64,000 bases of DNA, taken from the IMG/VR virus record IMGVR_UViG_3300027336_000062; one strand, given 5' to 3'. How positions within the stretch are numbered: position 1 is the stretch's first letter; each line of letters begins with the position of its first letter. Of this stretch, positions 54,076 through 63,705 are shown piece after piece. Made by a program: the position numbers and the translations under genes. The stretch is from an uncultured virus (IMG/VR IMGVR_UViG_3300027336_000062) (Duplodnaviria > Heunggongvirae > Uroviricota > Caudoviricetes). The notes below the pieces were generated by a model. That model was not told where the DNA came from. It made no database searches and saw nothing but the letters and a program-made list of their open reading frames with translations.

Positions 54076-55205
54076 GCTTTCGAGGGGTAGCCAATGCCGT
54101 CCGCGTCGCAGCCGTCAGGCTGAGCGCGGATGTTTCAGTTCGTCCTCTGAGTACCGTTCTGGTAGCTCGAGACGAACGCATTGCTGCCTCTTACACCGCC
54201 AGCAACATCCTGGCTGGGATTGTCCCGGCACACACCCATGCAGCGATTTCCGTATCGGCCGCTCAGCTGGCCTACGACCTGGGCGTCTGGCTGACTCACC
54301 TGAGGTATCAAGACAGCTTTGGTGCCATGGACAAGGCACTGTTCTCGTTCTTCAAGACCAAGACTGAAAACCTGCAGCTGGCTGAGGATGTCACGGCCCA
54401 GTTCTACAAGAACCTCAGTGAAACCCTTGGCTTGACGGACAAGCAGATCTTCTTGGTCTTCAAGAAGCTGGTTGATGAGGCTGGTGTTGAAGAGCTGTAC
54501 CAGATGCGTTTTGCACGCAGCCGCTTTGAGCAGGCTGGTGCCACGGATGCCTATCAGCACATCCTGAACAAACAACCAAAAGAGACTGCCGGTGTACGAG
54601 ATCTCCAAGGGTTTACCCTATACAAAGGCTTCAGTGAAGCCGGAGCAGTAGCTGAGAGCTCGCTCAGGGTTTTCACCAAGAACAACAACGACTTTGCAAG
54701 ATTGCTTGATCAACGACAGAAAAGCTTTTCAAAGTCGCTCAAAGACTTTTTGAATGCTACTGATGACGTTGACGGTGCTGCTTCAATCTTAGATGACCAG
54801 GAAATTCAGTTCATCAAACAGCGTACCGATCTTGGTTCGGTATCTGATTCGTTTGCGTTTGCAATGTCCTACGTCCGTGCCTATGAGGACAGCTACAAAG
54901 CTCTGGACAAGATCATCTTTGGTTTTGGAAAGACGTTGCTCGAGACGAGCAGGTTTTCTGATTCAAAGAGCTTTGTATTCAGCAAGAAGCTGGCTGATTC
55001 ATTTGGTTCAAGGGATGTGTTGGCCAAGGCAATGGCTCGACCTATAACCGATAATGCGCGTGCTGTGGATCTGAAGGCATTTGCCCTCAGTAAAGCACGA
55101 ACGGATGCGGCCACATTGTCCGACAGTGGTTCGTTGAGAAGTCAAGGTTACTGTGATTTCTCTTACTTCTCAGAAGATTACGTCGGCACCTTCAGAACTT
55201 TCTAA
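54072..55205 (+). CDS. Putative tail-associated protein with short periodic repeats
   Basis: Recurrent F.K...(D/E).....D units; ends GYCD.SYF.EDYVG. Confidence 0.65.
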   Translation: MSFRGVANAVRVAAVRLSADVSVRPLSTVLVARDERIAASYTASNILAGIVPAHTHAAISVSAAQLAYDLGVWLTHLRYQDSFGAMDKALFSFFKTKTENLQLAEDVTAQFYKNLSETLGLTDKQIFLVFKKLVDEAGVEELYQMRFARSRFEQAGATDAYQHILNKQPKETAGVRDLQGFTLYKGFSEAGAVAESSLRVFTKNNNDFARLLDQRQKSFSKSLKDFLNATDDVDGAASILDDQEIQFIKQRTDLGSVSDSFAFAMSYVRAYEDSYKALDKIIFGFGKTLLETSRFSDSKSFVFSKKLADSFGSRDVLAKAMARPITDNARAVDLKAFALSKARTDAATLSDSGSLRSQGYCDFSYFSEDYVGTFRTF

Positions 55206-55217
55206 AAGGAAAACATC

Positions 55218-55676
55218 ATGATCAATGACAACCTCAAACTCTCTGGTGCCTTGAGCATCGTTTTGACTGACAAGGACGGCAACGTCAAGGATTCCCGCGA
55301 GGTGAAAAACCTGGTGGTGAATGCTGGCTTGGCCTACATCATCAGCCGCATGGTTGGTACAGCCAAAGCTGTGGTGAGCCACATGGCTCTTGGTGCTGGT
55401 ACGAGTGCTGCAGCGGCTTCTCAGACCGATTTGGTGTCGATGCTGGGCTCCCGTGAGCCATTGGACAGCACCACGATCACAGGCACCAACCTGGAGAAGG
55501 TCCAGTACATCTCGACCTTTGAACCAGGTGATGCCACAGGTGCTGTGACTGAAGCAGGTTTGTTTAACGCTGCTTCGGGTGGCGACATGCTGTGCCGCAC
55601 GGTGTTCCCTGTCGTGAACAAGGCTGCTGACGATCAAATGGCCATCACTTGGACCATCACTCTGAGCGCTATTTAA
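55218..55676 (+). CDS. Putative tail/fibre structural protein
   Basis: KNLVV..G, HMALG.GT, GAVTEAGLFNA...G.ML.R.VF.V.NK...ITW.IT; AAGGA RBS. Confidence 0.75.
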   Translation: MINDNLKLSGALSIVLTDKDGNVKDSREVKNLVVNAGLAYIISRMVGTAKAVVSHMALGAGTSAAAASQTDLVSMLGSREPLDSTTITGTNLEKVQYISTFEPGDATGAVTEAGLFNAASGGDMLCRTVFPVVNKAADDQMAITWTITLSAI

Positions 55677-55688
55677 TAAGGAGCTCAA

Positions 55689-58600
55689 ATGGTGGCGATT
55701 ACTCTTCGCGCCGACCTTACTCGTGGTCTGACTAACGAGGAGATCGACGCCAATATGACAAACCTCAAGGCGGCAGCGGAAGCTGCTGCTTTGACGGCTT
55801 CTTGGGCAGGTGTCACTGGCAAGCCAGCAACGCTGGCTGGCTATGGCATTACTGATGCTCAGCCTGTCGATGCTGATCTGACTGCCATTGCAGCCCTTGC
55901 TGGTACGTCTGGCTTTTTGAAGAAGACTGCCGCCAACACTTGGGCTTTGGATACCAGTACCTATTTGACTGGCATCACATCAGGTCAGGTGACTACGGCT
56001 CTGGGCTTTACCCCGTACAACGCTACGAACCCGAACGGGTACATCACAAGCAGCGCCAGCATCTCCGGCACGTCGGCTGCGGTGAACTACACAGACACTA
56101 GAACGATTTCTCCCTCATCGCATGGAGCAAACAGGCTCACGTTTGGCTTCACAAGCTGGAGCAACAACAACACTTCGCCTTGGGCTGACTACCTGCATCT
56201 GCGCGGCTACACGGACGCCACGGGTGGAAGTGACAACCTGCTGATGTTCCGCAAGGATGGGCTTGGCATTCGCGTATGGCAGCAATCCTTTGGCTCCGCA
56301 ACGGCCTACTCCACGTTTAAAGATGTTGCGTGGACTGATGGCACGAACGCCTCCGGTACGTGGGGTATCAACGTCACCGGCTCGGCGGCCACACTGACCA
56401 CGGGCCGCACTATCGCTATGACTGGCGATGTGACCTACACCAGCGGCAGCTTCAATGGCTCAGCGAACGTCACAGGTACTGCAACGCTGGCAGCATCTGG
56501 GGTCACAGCAGGAACCTACGGCAGCTCGACAAACATTCCTCAGTTGACTGTTGATGCAAAAGGCCGAGTAACTGCGGTTTCCAACGTCGCAGTCAGCATC
56601 CCATCGGGATCGCTGACATTTACTGGAGACGTTACTGGCACGGGCACCACTGGTTCAAGTACAGCCTTGACTCTGGCGAACTCTGGAGTGACCGCAGGAA
56701 CCTACACCAAGGTGACGGTCGATGCCAAAGGCCGGGTGACCACTGGTGCTGCTCTTGCGGCTGGCGATGTGCCCACCCTGAACCAGAGCACCACCGGTAA
56801 TGCAGGGAGCGTTACCAACGGTGTTTACACAACTGGTGAACAAACAATTACTGCCCGCAAGATCTTTTCTACGACCAACAGTGCTATTGCAAGTGCAAGT
56901 GGAGATCTTTCAACCTTAGAAGTACGCTCTACCAGCACCGGGGCGGCTTTTATGGCCTTCCATCGCCCCACTCTTTATGCGGCTTACTTTGGCCTCGACA
57001 GTGACAACGTGTGGAAGGTGGGCGGCTGGTCGATGGGGGCCAACTCTTACCCGATTCTCCACTCCAACAACTACAACACCTACGCACCAACGCTGACAGG
57101 CACAGGTGCATCTGGTACATGGAGCATCAACGTCACCGGAAATGCTGGGTCGGCGACGACTGCTGCGAGAGCAAGCGCAACCACTGTTCCTGCATCAACT
57201 GCTTTTACTAAATGGTTGTTTGCTACCACGAGCACTTCTGGGACTCTGGACTGGAACCACGTATCCAATACAAACCCTGGGGTTGGGGAAACGCTTCTGC
57301 TTGGGACGGCTACTAACGGACCTGGCGGAAGCAATTATTACCACCCATTCAACATTGAGTATTCAGGAATCAGTGGTGTCGGTAACGTCACTCAGATGGC
57401 GGTCGCTTACGGCAACGTCGGCAATGAGTTGTACATGCGTGGCCGATTTGGCGGCACATGGACGGGGTGGTCTCGGTATCTGAATAGCAGCAACTACAAC
57501 TCGTACAGCCCAACTCTTACCGGCACTGGTGCTTCGGGGACTTGGGGTATCTCAGTCAGTGGAAGCGCTGGCTCAGTCTCTGGCGGTGCGGTAAGCGCAA
57601 GCTCCGTTTACAACTCGGGCATGTGGTACACATTCCCGGACGCCAATCGAGACGCCAACAACGCCGTCTGGTCTCCAAGCGCCGTTACTCGTGGCGTGGC
57701 TTACTTCTTTGGCACCGCATCGAGCGTCGGCACAGGTGGCAACTACGCCGGTGTGATGCAGTTCAACCCTTGGATTGGTACAACAGCAAGCACCGGTGAT
57801 GCTTCATATCAACTGGCTTTTGGTAGCACAGCGGCCAACGGCGGGGGCGTGCCTCAACTCAGGATTCGCAAGGGTATCGACACCACCTGGAACAGCTGGT
57901 ACGACCTTCTGACATCGGCCAACTACAGCACCTACGCACTGCCATTGACTGGCGGCGCTCTCAGTGGGGTGCTTACCATCAACAGCACCAGCGATAATCA
58001 GTTGCTGCTCCAGTCTACGGACTCGTGGACTGGTATTGGTTTCAATGACTCGGCTGTTTTAAACACAGAATACATCTGGCACAACGGAACTAATGGTACG
58101 TTTGCGATTGGTGGAGGTGGCGCAAACGTCGCTGGTAAGAAGTTGCACGTTCATGGCGGCATGACAGTTGGAGCAGGATACGCCACAACTGGCAATCCGA
58201 CCAACGGCTTGAACGTCGAAGGTGCGATTCAGCAAGCTGGCAATCAAGTCCTTCACGCTGGCAACCACACAAGCTACAGCCCATCTCTCACTGGTACTGG
58301 TGCAAGCGGGTCTTGGGGCATAAGCGTCACTGGTTCTGCTGCGACACTGACCACAGCTCGCACGATCAACGGCGTGAGCTTCAACGGCAGTGCCAACATC
58401 ACAGTCGCCGATTCGACCAAGCTGCCTCTTGCTGGTGGAACGCTGACAGGCGCTCTCACGATCCAGTCAGCAGCACCGATCCTGAACTTCTTCGAGAGCG
58501 ATCAGACTCTCCCCGCTGGTCGTCGCCGATTTGTGCAGGACGGAAACGCGTTCTCACTGCGCCGGAATACTGCGGCAGGTGGCGATTTTTCCACCGAGGT

Positions 58601-58967
58601 TTACGACCTCAACGTGGATGCCTCCGGGAACTTCACTGCACTCGGCAACGTCACAGCCTACTCCGATGAGCGCCTGAAGCGGGACTGGGCTCCAGTTGCT
58701 TCTGACTTCGTTGCTCGCCTGGCAACCCTCAAGAGCGGAACCTACACCCGTATTGACAGCGGAGAGCGTCAAGCGGGTTCGTCTGCTCAAGACTGGCAGA
58801 AGCTCTTGCCTGAGGTGGTAGCCAGCAAAGACGAAACAGGCATCCTTGGTTTGGCCTATGGCAACGCAGCCCTTGTCTCAGCCATCGAGCTGGCCAAAGA
58901 CAATCTCGAGCTGCGTGCTCGCATCGAGCGCCTCGAAGCTGCACTGAGCAAGCTGATCGGAGACTGA
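55689..58967 (+). CDS. Long tail fibre 2 with C-terminal intramolecular chaperone (peptidase S74)
   Basis: KP.TLAGYGITD, VTVDAKGRVT x2, ARTINGVSFNGSANI, AYSDERLK...AQD...LPE.V...LAY + coiled coil. Confidence 0.9.
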   Translation: MVAITLRADLTRGLTNEEIDANMTNLKAAAEAAALTASWAGVTGKPATLAGYGITDAQPVDADLTAIAALAGTSGFLKKTAANTWALDTSTYLTGITSGQVTTALGFTPYNATNPNGYITSSASISGTSAAVNYTDTRTISPSSHGANRLTFGFTSWSNNNTSPWADYLHLRGYTDATGGSDNLLMFRKDGLGIRVWQQSFGSATAYSTFKDVAWTDGTNASGTWGINVTGSAATLTTGRTIAMTGDVTYTSGSFNGSANVTGTATLAASGVTAGTYGSSTNIPQLTVDAKGRVTAVSNVAVSIPSGSLTFTGDVTGTGTTGSSTALTLANSGVTAGTYTKVTVDAKGRVTTGAALAAGDVPTLNQSTTGNAGSVTNGVYTTGEQTITARKIFSTTNSAIASASGDLSTLEVRSTSTGAAFMAFHRPTLYAAYFGLDSDNVWKVGGWSMGANSYPILHSNNYNTYAPTLTGTGASGTWSINVTGNAGSATTAARASATTVPASTAFTKWLFATTSTSGTLDWNHVSNTNPGVGETLLLGTATNGPGGSNYYHPFNIEYSGISGVGNVTQMAVAYGNVGNELYMRGRFGGTWTGWSRYLNSSNYNSYSPTLTGTGASGTWGISVSGSAGSVSGGAVSASSVYNSGMWYTFPDANRDANNAVWSPSAVTRGVAYFFGTASSVGTGGNYAGVMQFNPWIGTTASTGDASYQLAFGSTAANGGGVPQLRIRKGIDTTWNSWYDLLTSANYSTYALPLTGGALSGVLTINSTSDNQLLLQSTDSWTGIGFNDSAVLNTEYIWHNGTNGTFAIGGGGANVAGKKLHVHGGMTVGAGYATTGNPTNGLNVEGAIQQAGNQVLHAGNHTSYSPSLTGTGASGSWGISVTGSAATLTTARTINGVSFNGSANITVADSTKLPLAGGTLTGALTIQSAAPILNFFESDQTLPAGRRRFVQDGNAFSLRRNTAAGGDFSTEVYDLNVDASGNFTALGNVTAYSDERLKRDWAPVASDFVARLATLKSGTYTRIDSGERQAGSSAQDWQKLLPEVVASKDETGILGLAYGNAALVSAIELAKDNLELRARIERLEAALSKLIGD

Positions 58968-58968
58968 G

Positions 58969-59373
58969 ATGGCACTACCAGCAACAGGTGCCATTTCAAT
59001 GTCTCAGATCAACACTGAGCTTGGCAGGTCTGCAACTGCAGCTCTGAGCATGAACGACGTTCAGTGCCGAAGCCTTGCAGGCAACGGCACCACGATTGCC
59101 TCAGGTGCAAGCTGGAGCCTTGGAACAATTCGTGGTCGGCAGTGGAAAAGGTACAGCTTGGTTAGCACGATCTTTTACTGGGTTGAGTTTGGCTCAGGAG
59201 GCGGTCAAGTTGTATATGACGGCGCAACGCGAGGGTCTTTTGTGGGCGCTGCTCCTTCTAGCTTCACCACTGGTGGCTACACATATTACAGGGGGAATTT
59301 TATGTATACCGAGACTGTAACTGTGGGCTACTACAGCGACACCAACTCTTATTATGAAATCTCTCGAGCTTGA
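58969..59373 (+). CDS. Small fibre-associated protein
   Basis: MALP.TG.ISMS.IN.ELG N-terminus typical of genes following S74 fibres; aromatic/Gly-rich variable end. Confidence 0.7.
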   Translation: MALPATGAISMSQINTELGRSATAALSMNDVQCRSLAGNGTTIASGASWSLGTIRGRQWKRYSLVSTIFYWVEFGSGGGQVVYDGATRGSFVGAAPSSFTTGGYTYYRGNFMYTETVTVGYYSDTNSYYEISRA

Positions 59374-59384
59374 AAGACAAACCA

Positions 59385-59831
59385 ATGATTACAAAGTTCA
59401 ACATCAAAAGTGTCAAAGTCTTCGATAAGATCGGGGATGCGATTAACGTAATTGGCATGGTCGAATGGGTTGTTCGTATTTCAAACGAAGAGACTTCGAT
59501 TCTGGGTATGGGTGAAACATTCATCCCAATTGGTGACCTTACAAACTTCACTGCTGTCGAAGATTTAGACGAGCAAACAGTGATGTCGTGGGTCATTGCC
59601 GCAGAAGGCGGAGATGAGTTTGTTCAGCGACTGATTGATGCACACAGGCCAATGCTTGAGCGCAAAGCCATCGAGTCCAGGATGACCGTCTTAAAGGTTC
59701 CGTTTGCGGGAGCTGATCCAAACAGACAAATCTTCCCAACCGCTTCTTCTGGGACAATCCCGTCGGCAGGTCAAATGGGCTTGCAGGCAATGAACCCAAG
59801 CCGACCAGCCAATACTCTTCAATCAGTTTAA
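59385..59831 (+). CDS. Hypothetical tail-module protein
   Basis: NV...VEW...NF...EDL.E..V..WV pattern shared with 60796-61140. Confidence 0.7.
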   Translation: MITKFNIKSVKVFDKIGDAINVIGMVEWVVRISNEETSILGMGETFIPIGDLTNFTAVEDLDEQTVMSWVIAAEGGDEFVQRLIDAHRPMLERKAIESRMTVLKVPFAGADPNRQIFPTASSGTIPSAGQMGLQAMNPSRPANTLQSV

Positions 59832-59839
59832 GGATTGCC

Positions 59840-60196
59840 ATGACCGCACCAATCATCAACGTAGGCCTTGTATCAAACGTCTTTGTTCGGCAAATGCACT
59901 TTGCTGCAGTGGGCGACTCAGAAGTGGGGCACAAGCATCGCTACGACCACATGACGCTGCTCGCCAAAGGTCAGCTCAGGGTCACCGTCAACGGCCAAGC
60001 AACCGACTACACAGCGCCGATGATGATCTTTATTCGTGCCAACCTGGTGCATGAGCTCGAGTGCCTCTCTGAGAACACGGTGGCTTACTGCATCCACGGA
60101 CTGCGTGATGCCGACAAGTCAGACGACATTGTTTCGCCAGACATGGTTCCTCGTGGTGTTGTACTTCGCTCAATGATTGCTCAGGTCATCGAGTAA
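59840..60196 (+). CDS. Cupin-fold protein
   Basis: GHKHRYDH.T.L.KG.L.V and IFI.A...HEL two-motif cupin signature. Confidence 0.8.
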   Translation: MTAPIINVGLVSNVFVRQMHFAAVGDSEVGHKHRYDHMTLLAKGQLRVTVNGQATDYTAPMMIFIRANLVHELECLSENTVAYCIHGLRDADKSDDIVSPDMVPRGVVLRSMIAQVIE

Positions 60197-60778
60197 ATGA
60201 CTGCGGTTAACCGATTTCATTCCTCAGAGTTTTTTGGGGGCGCACCCATTCCTGACGAATGGGAAGATGCCCGTGCGTTCATGAATTGGTACATGACGAA
60301 CGGAATGCCGTGGATGATTCCATGGGGAGCGGAAGTGATTTGCTCTGACGATGCAACTGCTATTGCTCTGTTTCGTAAGGGACGTTGGCTTGCTGAACTT
60401 TACTTGGTTCATCCGAATCTGCCTGTGCCGGTTCATTCGCATCCAGACGTTGAGTCGATCATCGTGTACTTAGGCGGTGGTGAGCAGGAGCAAGAGGATG
60501 AATTCGGTATGTCCACCAAGTGGGGCGTGATTGCTCCTCTCTTAAAGAGCGGCGAAACCCATGGCGGAAGACCTTTTGGTCAGTCTGCAAAAGGGTATGC
60601 CATGATCAATTTTCAGCACTGGCCCGAAGGCGTTGAAGTAACCTCTGCAGCTGTTCGCTGGCAAGGTGACACAGCCGGCCCAAAACAAGATGCACTGATT
60701 GCCAGGTATTTCCCGGCAGCAGTTCCTGTACCTGGCTTTGCAGATATAACTGCTTGTGCTCCAACTCCAATTCTTTAA
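60197..60778 (+). CDS. Putative cupin-fold protein
   Basis: VPVHSHPDVES..VYLGG...GETHG. Confidence 0.65.
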   Translation: MTAVNRFHSSEFFGGAPIPDEWEDARAFMNWYMTNGMPWMIPWGAEVICSDDATAIALFRKGRWLAELYLVHPNLPVPVHSHPDVESIIVYLGGGEQEQEDEFGMSTKWGVIAPLLKSGETHGGRPFGQSAKGYAMINFQHWPEGVEVTSAAVRWQGDTAGPKQDALIARYFPAAVPVPGFADITACAPTPIL

Positions 60779-60795
60779 CCAACCAAGGAACCACC

Positions 60796-61140
60796 ATGTC
60801 CGCAACCTTTGAAACCAAAATCAATGCCATCCGCACCGGTACCGTGGGCGAGCTCACAAACGTCGTCAAGCGCGTCGAATTCACCGTGAAGGGTACTGAG
60901 CAAGGCCAGAGCTTTGAGCTGCCTCAGAACGTCGATTTGGCCGATCCACAGAGCGAGGCCTTCGTGCCCTTGGCTCAAGTGACTGAAGCCAACGTGGTTC
61001 AGTGGGTGAACGAGAACTTCACCAACATGAGTGCTGTTCAAGAGCATATCCAATACGTGCTGAACCAAGAGGTAGCCAAGGTTGCTCTGGCTGAAGCTCC
61101 TCTTCCTTGGGCTCCAGCTCCTGAGCCTGTTACTCCCTGA
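60796..61140 (+). CDS. Hypothetical tail-module protein
   Basis: NVV..VEF...FVP..QVTE..V..WV...LPW; AAGGA RBS. Confidence 0.75.
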   Translation: MSATFETKINAIRTGTVGELTNVVKRVEFTVKGTEQGQSFELPQNVDLADPQSEAFVPLAQVTEANVVQWVNENFTNMSAVQEHIQYVLNQEVAKVALAEAPLPWAPAPEPVTP

Positions 61141-61159
61141 TCCATAGAAAGCTGTACTC

Positions 61160-61390
61160 ATGGAACAGATGGACGTATCCCACCGGGAGATCTATGACCG
61201 CTTGATAGCGGTCGAAGCAAAGGTCGACAAGATCGACAAGGCCACTACTGATGTGGTGGCTGCATTCGGTGCCGCTCAAGGCGCTTTCGTTGTTCTCGAA
61301 TGGTTCGGCAAGATTGCAAAACCAATCCTTTGGGTTGGCGCATCAATCACCGCGATCGGAGTCATATGGCAAAACATCCGCATTAAGTAA
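61160..61390 (+). CDS. Small membrane protein, possible holin/antiholin
   Basis: Coiled coil then a C-terminal TM segment; start of the lysis cassette. Confidence 0.55.
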   Translation: MEQMDVSHREIYDRLIAVEAKVDKIDKATTDVVAAFGAAQGAFVVLEWFGKIAKPILWVGASITAIGVIWQNIRIK

Positions 61391-61404
61391 GAAAGGGGGT
61401 TTCT

Positions 61405-61887
61405 ATGGAACCCATCACCATGGCCCTGACTGCCATGGCTGCTGTTCAAAAGACAGTATCCATGATCAAGCAGGCATCTAAAACCGCTGATGATGTGAGA
61501 AGTCTTGGCCCCTTGTTGGGCAGGTACTTCGAGCAGAAACATGAAGTCTCCAAGGCGCTGAACCAAGCTAAAAGCAAGGGCGGCTCCAACATGGGCAAGG
61601 CGGTCCAGATTGAACTGGATCTAAAAGCCCAACGTGACTTCGAAGAACAGGTCAAAGGCCTCTTCTTCCCTAACAACATGGATGTCTGGAACTCCATCAT
61701 GGTCCGAGTGGCTGAGATGGACAAGCAGGACAAGATTGATCAGCAGATAGCTCGAGACCGTCAACGTCGAGCCAAGCAGGATCAAGAAGAAATGATAGAG
61801 ATCCTGATCGTTGTCGGTGGCGTCATCGTTATTTTTCTCTTGGTTGGCTTCGGTGCCTACCTCGTTATGTTCGAGATGAAGCGATGA
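61405..61887 (+). CDS. Coiled-coil protein with C-terminal TM helix
   Basis: ILIVVGGVIVIFLLVGFGAYLV terminal helix; GGGGG RBS. Confidence 0.65.
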   Translation: MEPITMALTAMAAVQKTVSMIKQASKTADDVRSLGPLLGRYFEQKHEVSKALNQAKSKGGSNMGKAVQIELDLKAQRDFEEQVKGLFFPNNMDVWNSIMVRVAEMDKQDKIDQQIARDRQRRAKQDQEEMIEILIVVGGVIVIFLLVGFGAYLVMFEMKR

Positions 61888-62099
61888 AATATCTGATCTT
61901 CCTCTGTTTGGGACTCTTCACAGGTTGTGAAGAGCAATACCGCTATTACTGTCAGAACCCAGACAACTTCCATGCAGAACGCTGCCAGAAGCCAAAGTGT
62001 CAATTCACTCAGACTTGTCCGGAGTATCTAGTCGCCCCAGTTTTGGAGAAACAAATTGAACAAACAAGACCTGCCTCTGCGCCAACCCCTGTCCGCTGA
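61884..62099 (+). CDS. Small Cys-rich lipoprotein
   Basis: Signal MKYLIFLCLGLFTG-C; RYYCQNP.N...C..P.C....CP. Confidence 0.72.
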   Translation: MKYLIFLCLGLFTGCEEQYRYYCQNPDNFHAERCQKPKCQFTQTCPEYLVAPVLEKQIEQTRPASAPTPVR

Positions 62100-62589
62100 A
62101 GAGGCGGTCATGATCATGGAGGTCCGAGTATGGGCCTTCGTTGTTGTGGCTGTGACCATCATCTTGTTTGGCATTGTGGTGGCTCTTCTGTACTCCGTGA
62201 CTTTCGTAACGCAGCCGATCAAGTCAATGGCTCCCATTGACCAGGCCTACACGAAGATGCTGAATGACATCGTGCTGCTGATCGTGGGTGGTATTGGTGG
62301 TGTGATTGGTAAGCGTGCTGTATCGACAGCAGCCAAAGCATTCTCACCACAGCCCCCACAGCAGCCGATGTGCCAACCAATGATGGGTGGCTACAACCAG
62401 AACAGTTACGCCCCTCCACAGTCTGCGTATGGCTTGCCATCACAGCCGTTTGGTGCAATGTCTGTCTGGAAGAACCCAGAGCTCGATGAGAGCTGGACAC
62501 CAGGTCCGCCTCCCACGACACCGCCTGAATATCAAGAGCCTGACGAAGACCGCGCAGAGATTGCTGCAGCACGGAAGGAAGAAGAATGA
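62056..62589 (+). CDS. Two-TM membrane protein (holin candidate)
   Basis: GGAG RBS + TTG start; two hydrophobic helices, Pro-rich tail. Confidence 0.6.
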   Translation: MNKQDLPLRQPLSAEEAVMIMEVRVWAFVVVAVTIILFGIVVALLYSVTFVTQPIKSMAPIDQAYTKMLNDIVLLIVGGIGGVIGKRAVSTAAKAFSPQPPQQPMCQPMMGGYNQNSYAPPQSAYGLPSQPFGAMSVWKNPELDESWTPGPPPTTPPEYQEPDEDRAEIAAARKEEE

Positions 62590-63089
62590 ATCCGCTAACC
62601 CTTTACCCAGCGATTGCGCTTGTTGCACTCCTTGCCATAGGTGGCTTCTACAAGTACGGCTACAGCAACGGTTGGGATGATCGGGATACCGAGACTCAAA
62701 TAGAGATTGCTCGCAAGAACGAAGAAGCTCGAGTCAAAGAGCAAGAGATGGCAGCAGTTGTTTCTGCCAAGGAAGCTGAACTTAGAAAGGCCAACGATGT
62801 TGTCAACAAAAAGCAAACTGATCTTAATCGCCTCATTGCTACTGGCAGGGTGCGCCTCCCCGCCGCCAGTTGTCCACAAGCCAGCGTCAATCCCGCCACT
62901 CCCTCAGGAGATCGGGACAAAGCGCCAAGCCAACCTGACCCAGCGACTGACGGACCTTCTGATTCCGAGCGAGAAACCCTCCAGCTTATCGCCCAAATCG
63001 CCGCAGACGGAGACCGGGCAATCAATCAGCTCAACGCCTGCATTGACGCCTACGAAGAAGTAAGGAGAACAGCAAATGCTAACCGCTGA
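62586..63089 (+). CDS. Rz: Inner-membrane spanin (Rz-like)
   Basis: N-terminal TM, coiled coil, G.VRL, L.ACI..Y end; next to the endolysin. Confidence 0.85.
   Translation: MNPLTLYPAIALVALLAIGGFYKYGYSNGWDDRDTETQIEIARKNEEARVKEQEMAAVVSAKEAELRKANDVVNKKQTDLNRLIATGRVRLPAASCPQASVNPATPSGDRDKAPSQPDPATDGPSDSERETLQLIAQIAADGDRAINQLNACIDAYEEVRRTANANR
62797..63063 (+). CDS. Rz1: Outer-membrane spanin lipoprotein (Rz1-like), embedded in Rz
   Basis: AGAAAGG RBS, MLSTKSKLILIASLLLAG-C lipobox, Pro-rich mature part, +1 frame inside Rz. Confidence 0.82.
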   Translation: MLSTKSKLILIASLLLAGCASPPPVVHKPASIPPLPQEIGTKRQANLTQRLTDLLIPSEKPSSLSPKSPQTETGQSISSTPALTPTKK

Positions 63090-63705
63090 ACAATTACAAC
63101 GACTGCACATTGCTCCTCAATGGGCCGATGCACTGAACGCTACCTTTGAGCGGTTCAACATCCTGACGCCTCGTCAGCAAGCAGCCTTCATTGGCCAGTG
63201 TGGCCATGAGAGCGGAAACTTCCGTGTGCTTGAAGAGAACCTCAACTACCGTGCTGCCACGTTGCTGAAACTCTTTCCAAGAACACCAAAGAGAACTTGG
63301 GGATTCACGCCTGAGGAAGCTGCTGCCTACGAGAAGCAGCCGCGCAAGATCGCCAACCGGATCTACGGCAACCGCATGGGCAATCGGGATGAAGCTTCAG
63401 GAGACGGCTACCGGTTCCGAGGTCGTGGCTGCATTCAGCTCACTGGTTCAGCCAACTACTTCCATGCAGGCCAAGCCCTGGGTGTGGACTTCATCATGGA
63501 ACCTGATCTGGTTTCCACGCCTCAGTACGCTGCGTTGACTGCTGGTTGGTTCTGGAACACCCAGAAGCTCAATGCTCTGGCAGAAGCGAGTAACACGCTT
63601 GCACTGACCAAGAAGATCAATGGTGGAACGATTGGGTTGGAAGACCGAATCAAACACACCAACATGGCGCTGGCGCTTCTGGGGCAGCAATCACAGATGG
63701 CTTAA
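63076..63705 (+). CDS. Endolysin, glycoside hydrolase family 19
   Basis: AAFIGQCGHESG, ENLNY, GDG..FRGRG.IQLTG..NY, AGWFW, TKKINGG.IGL.DR. Confidence 0.93.
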   Translation: MLTAEQLQRLHIAPQWADALNATFERFNILTPRQQAAFIGQCGHESGNFRVLEENLNYRAATLLKLFPRTPKRTWGFTPEEAAAYEKQPRKIANRIYGNRMGNRDEASGDGYRFRGRGCIQLTGSANYFHAGQALGVDFIMEPDLVSTPQYAALTAGWFWNTQKLNALAEASNTLALTKKINGGTIGLEDRIKHTNMALALLGQQSQMA

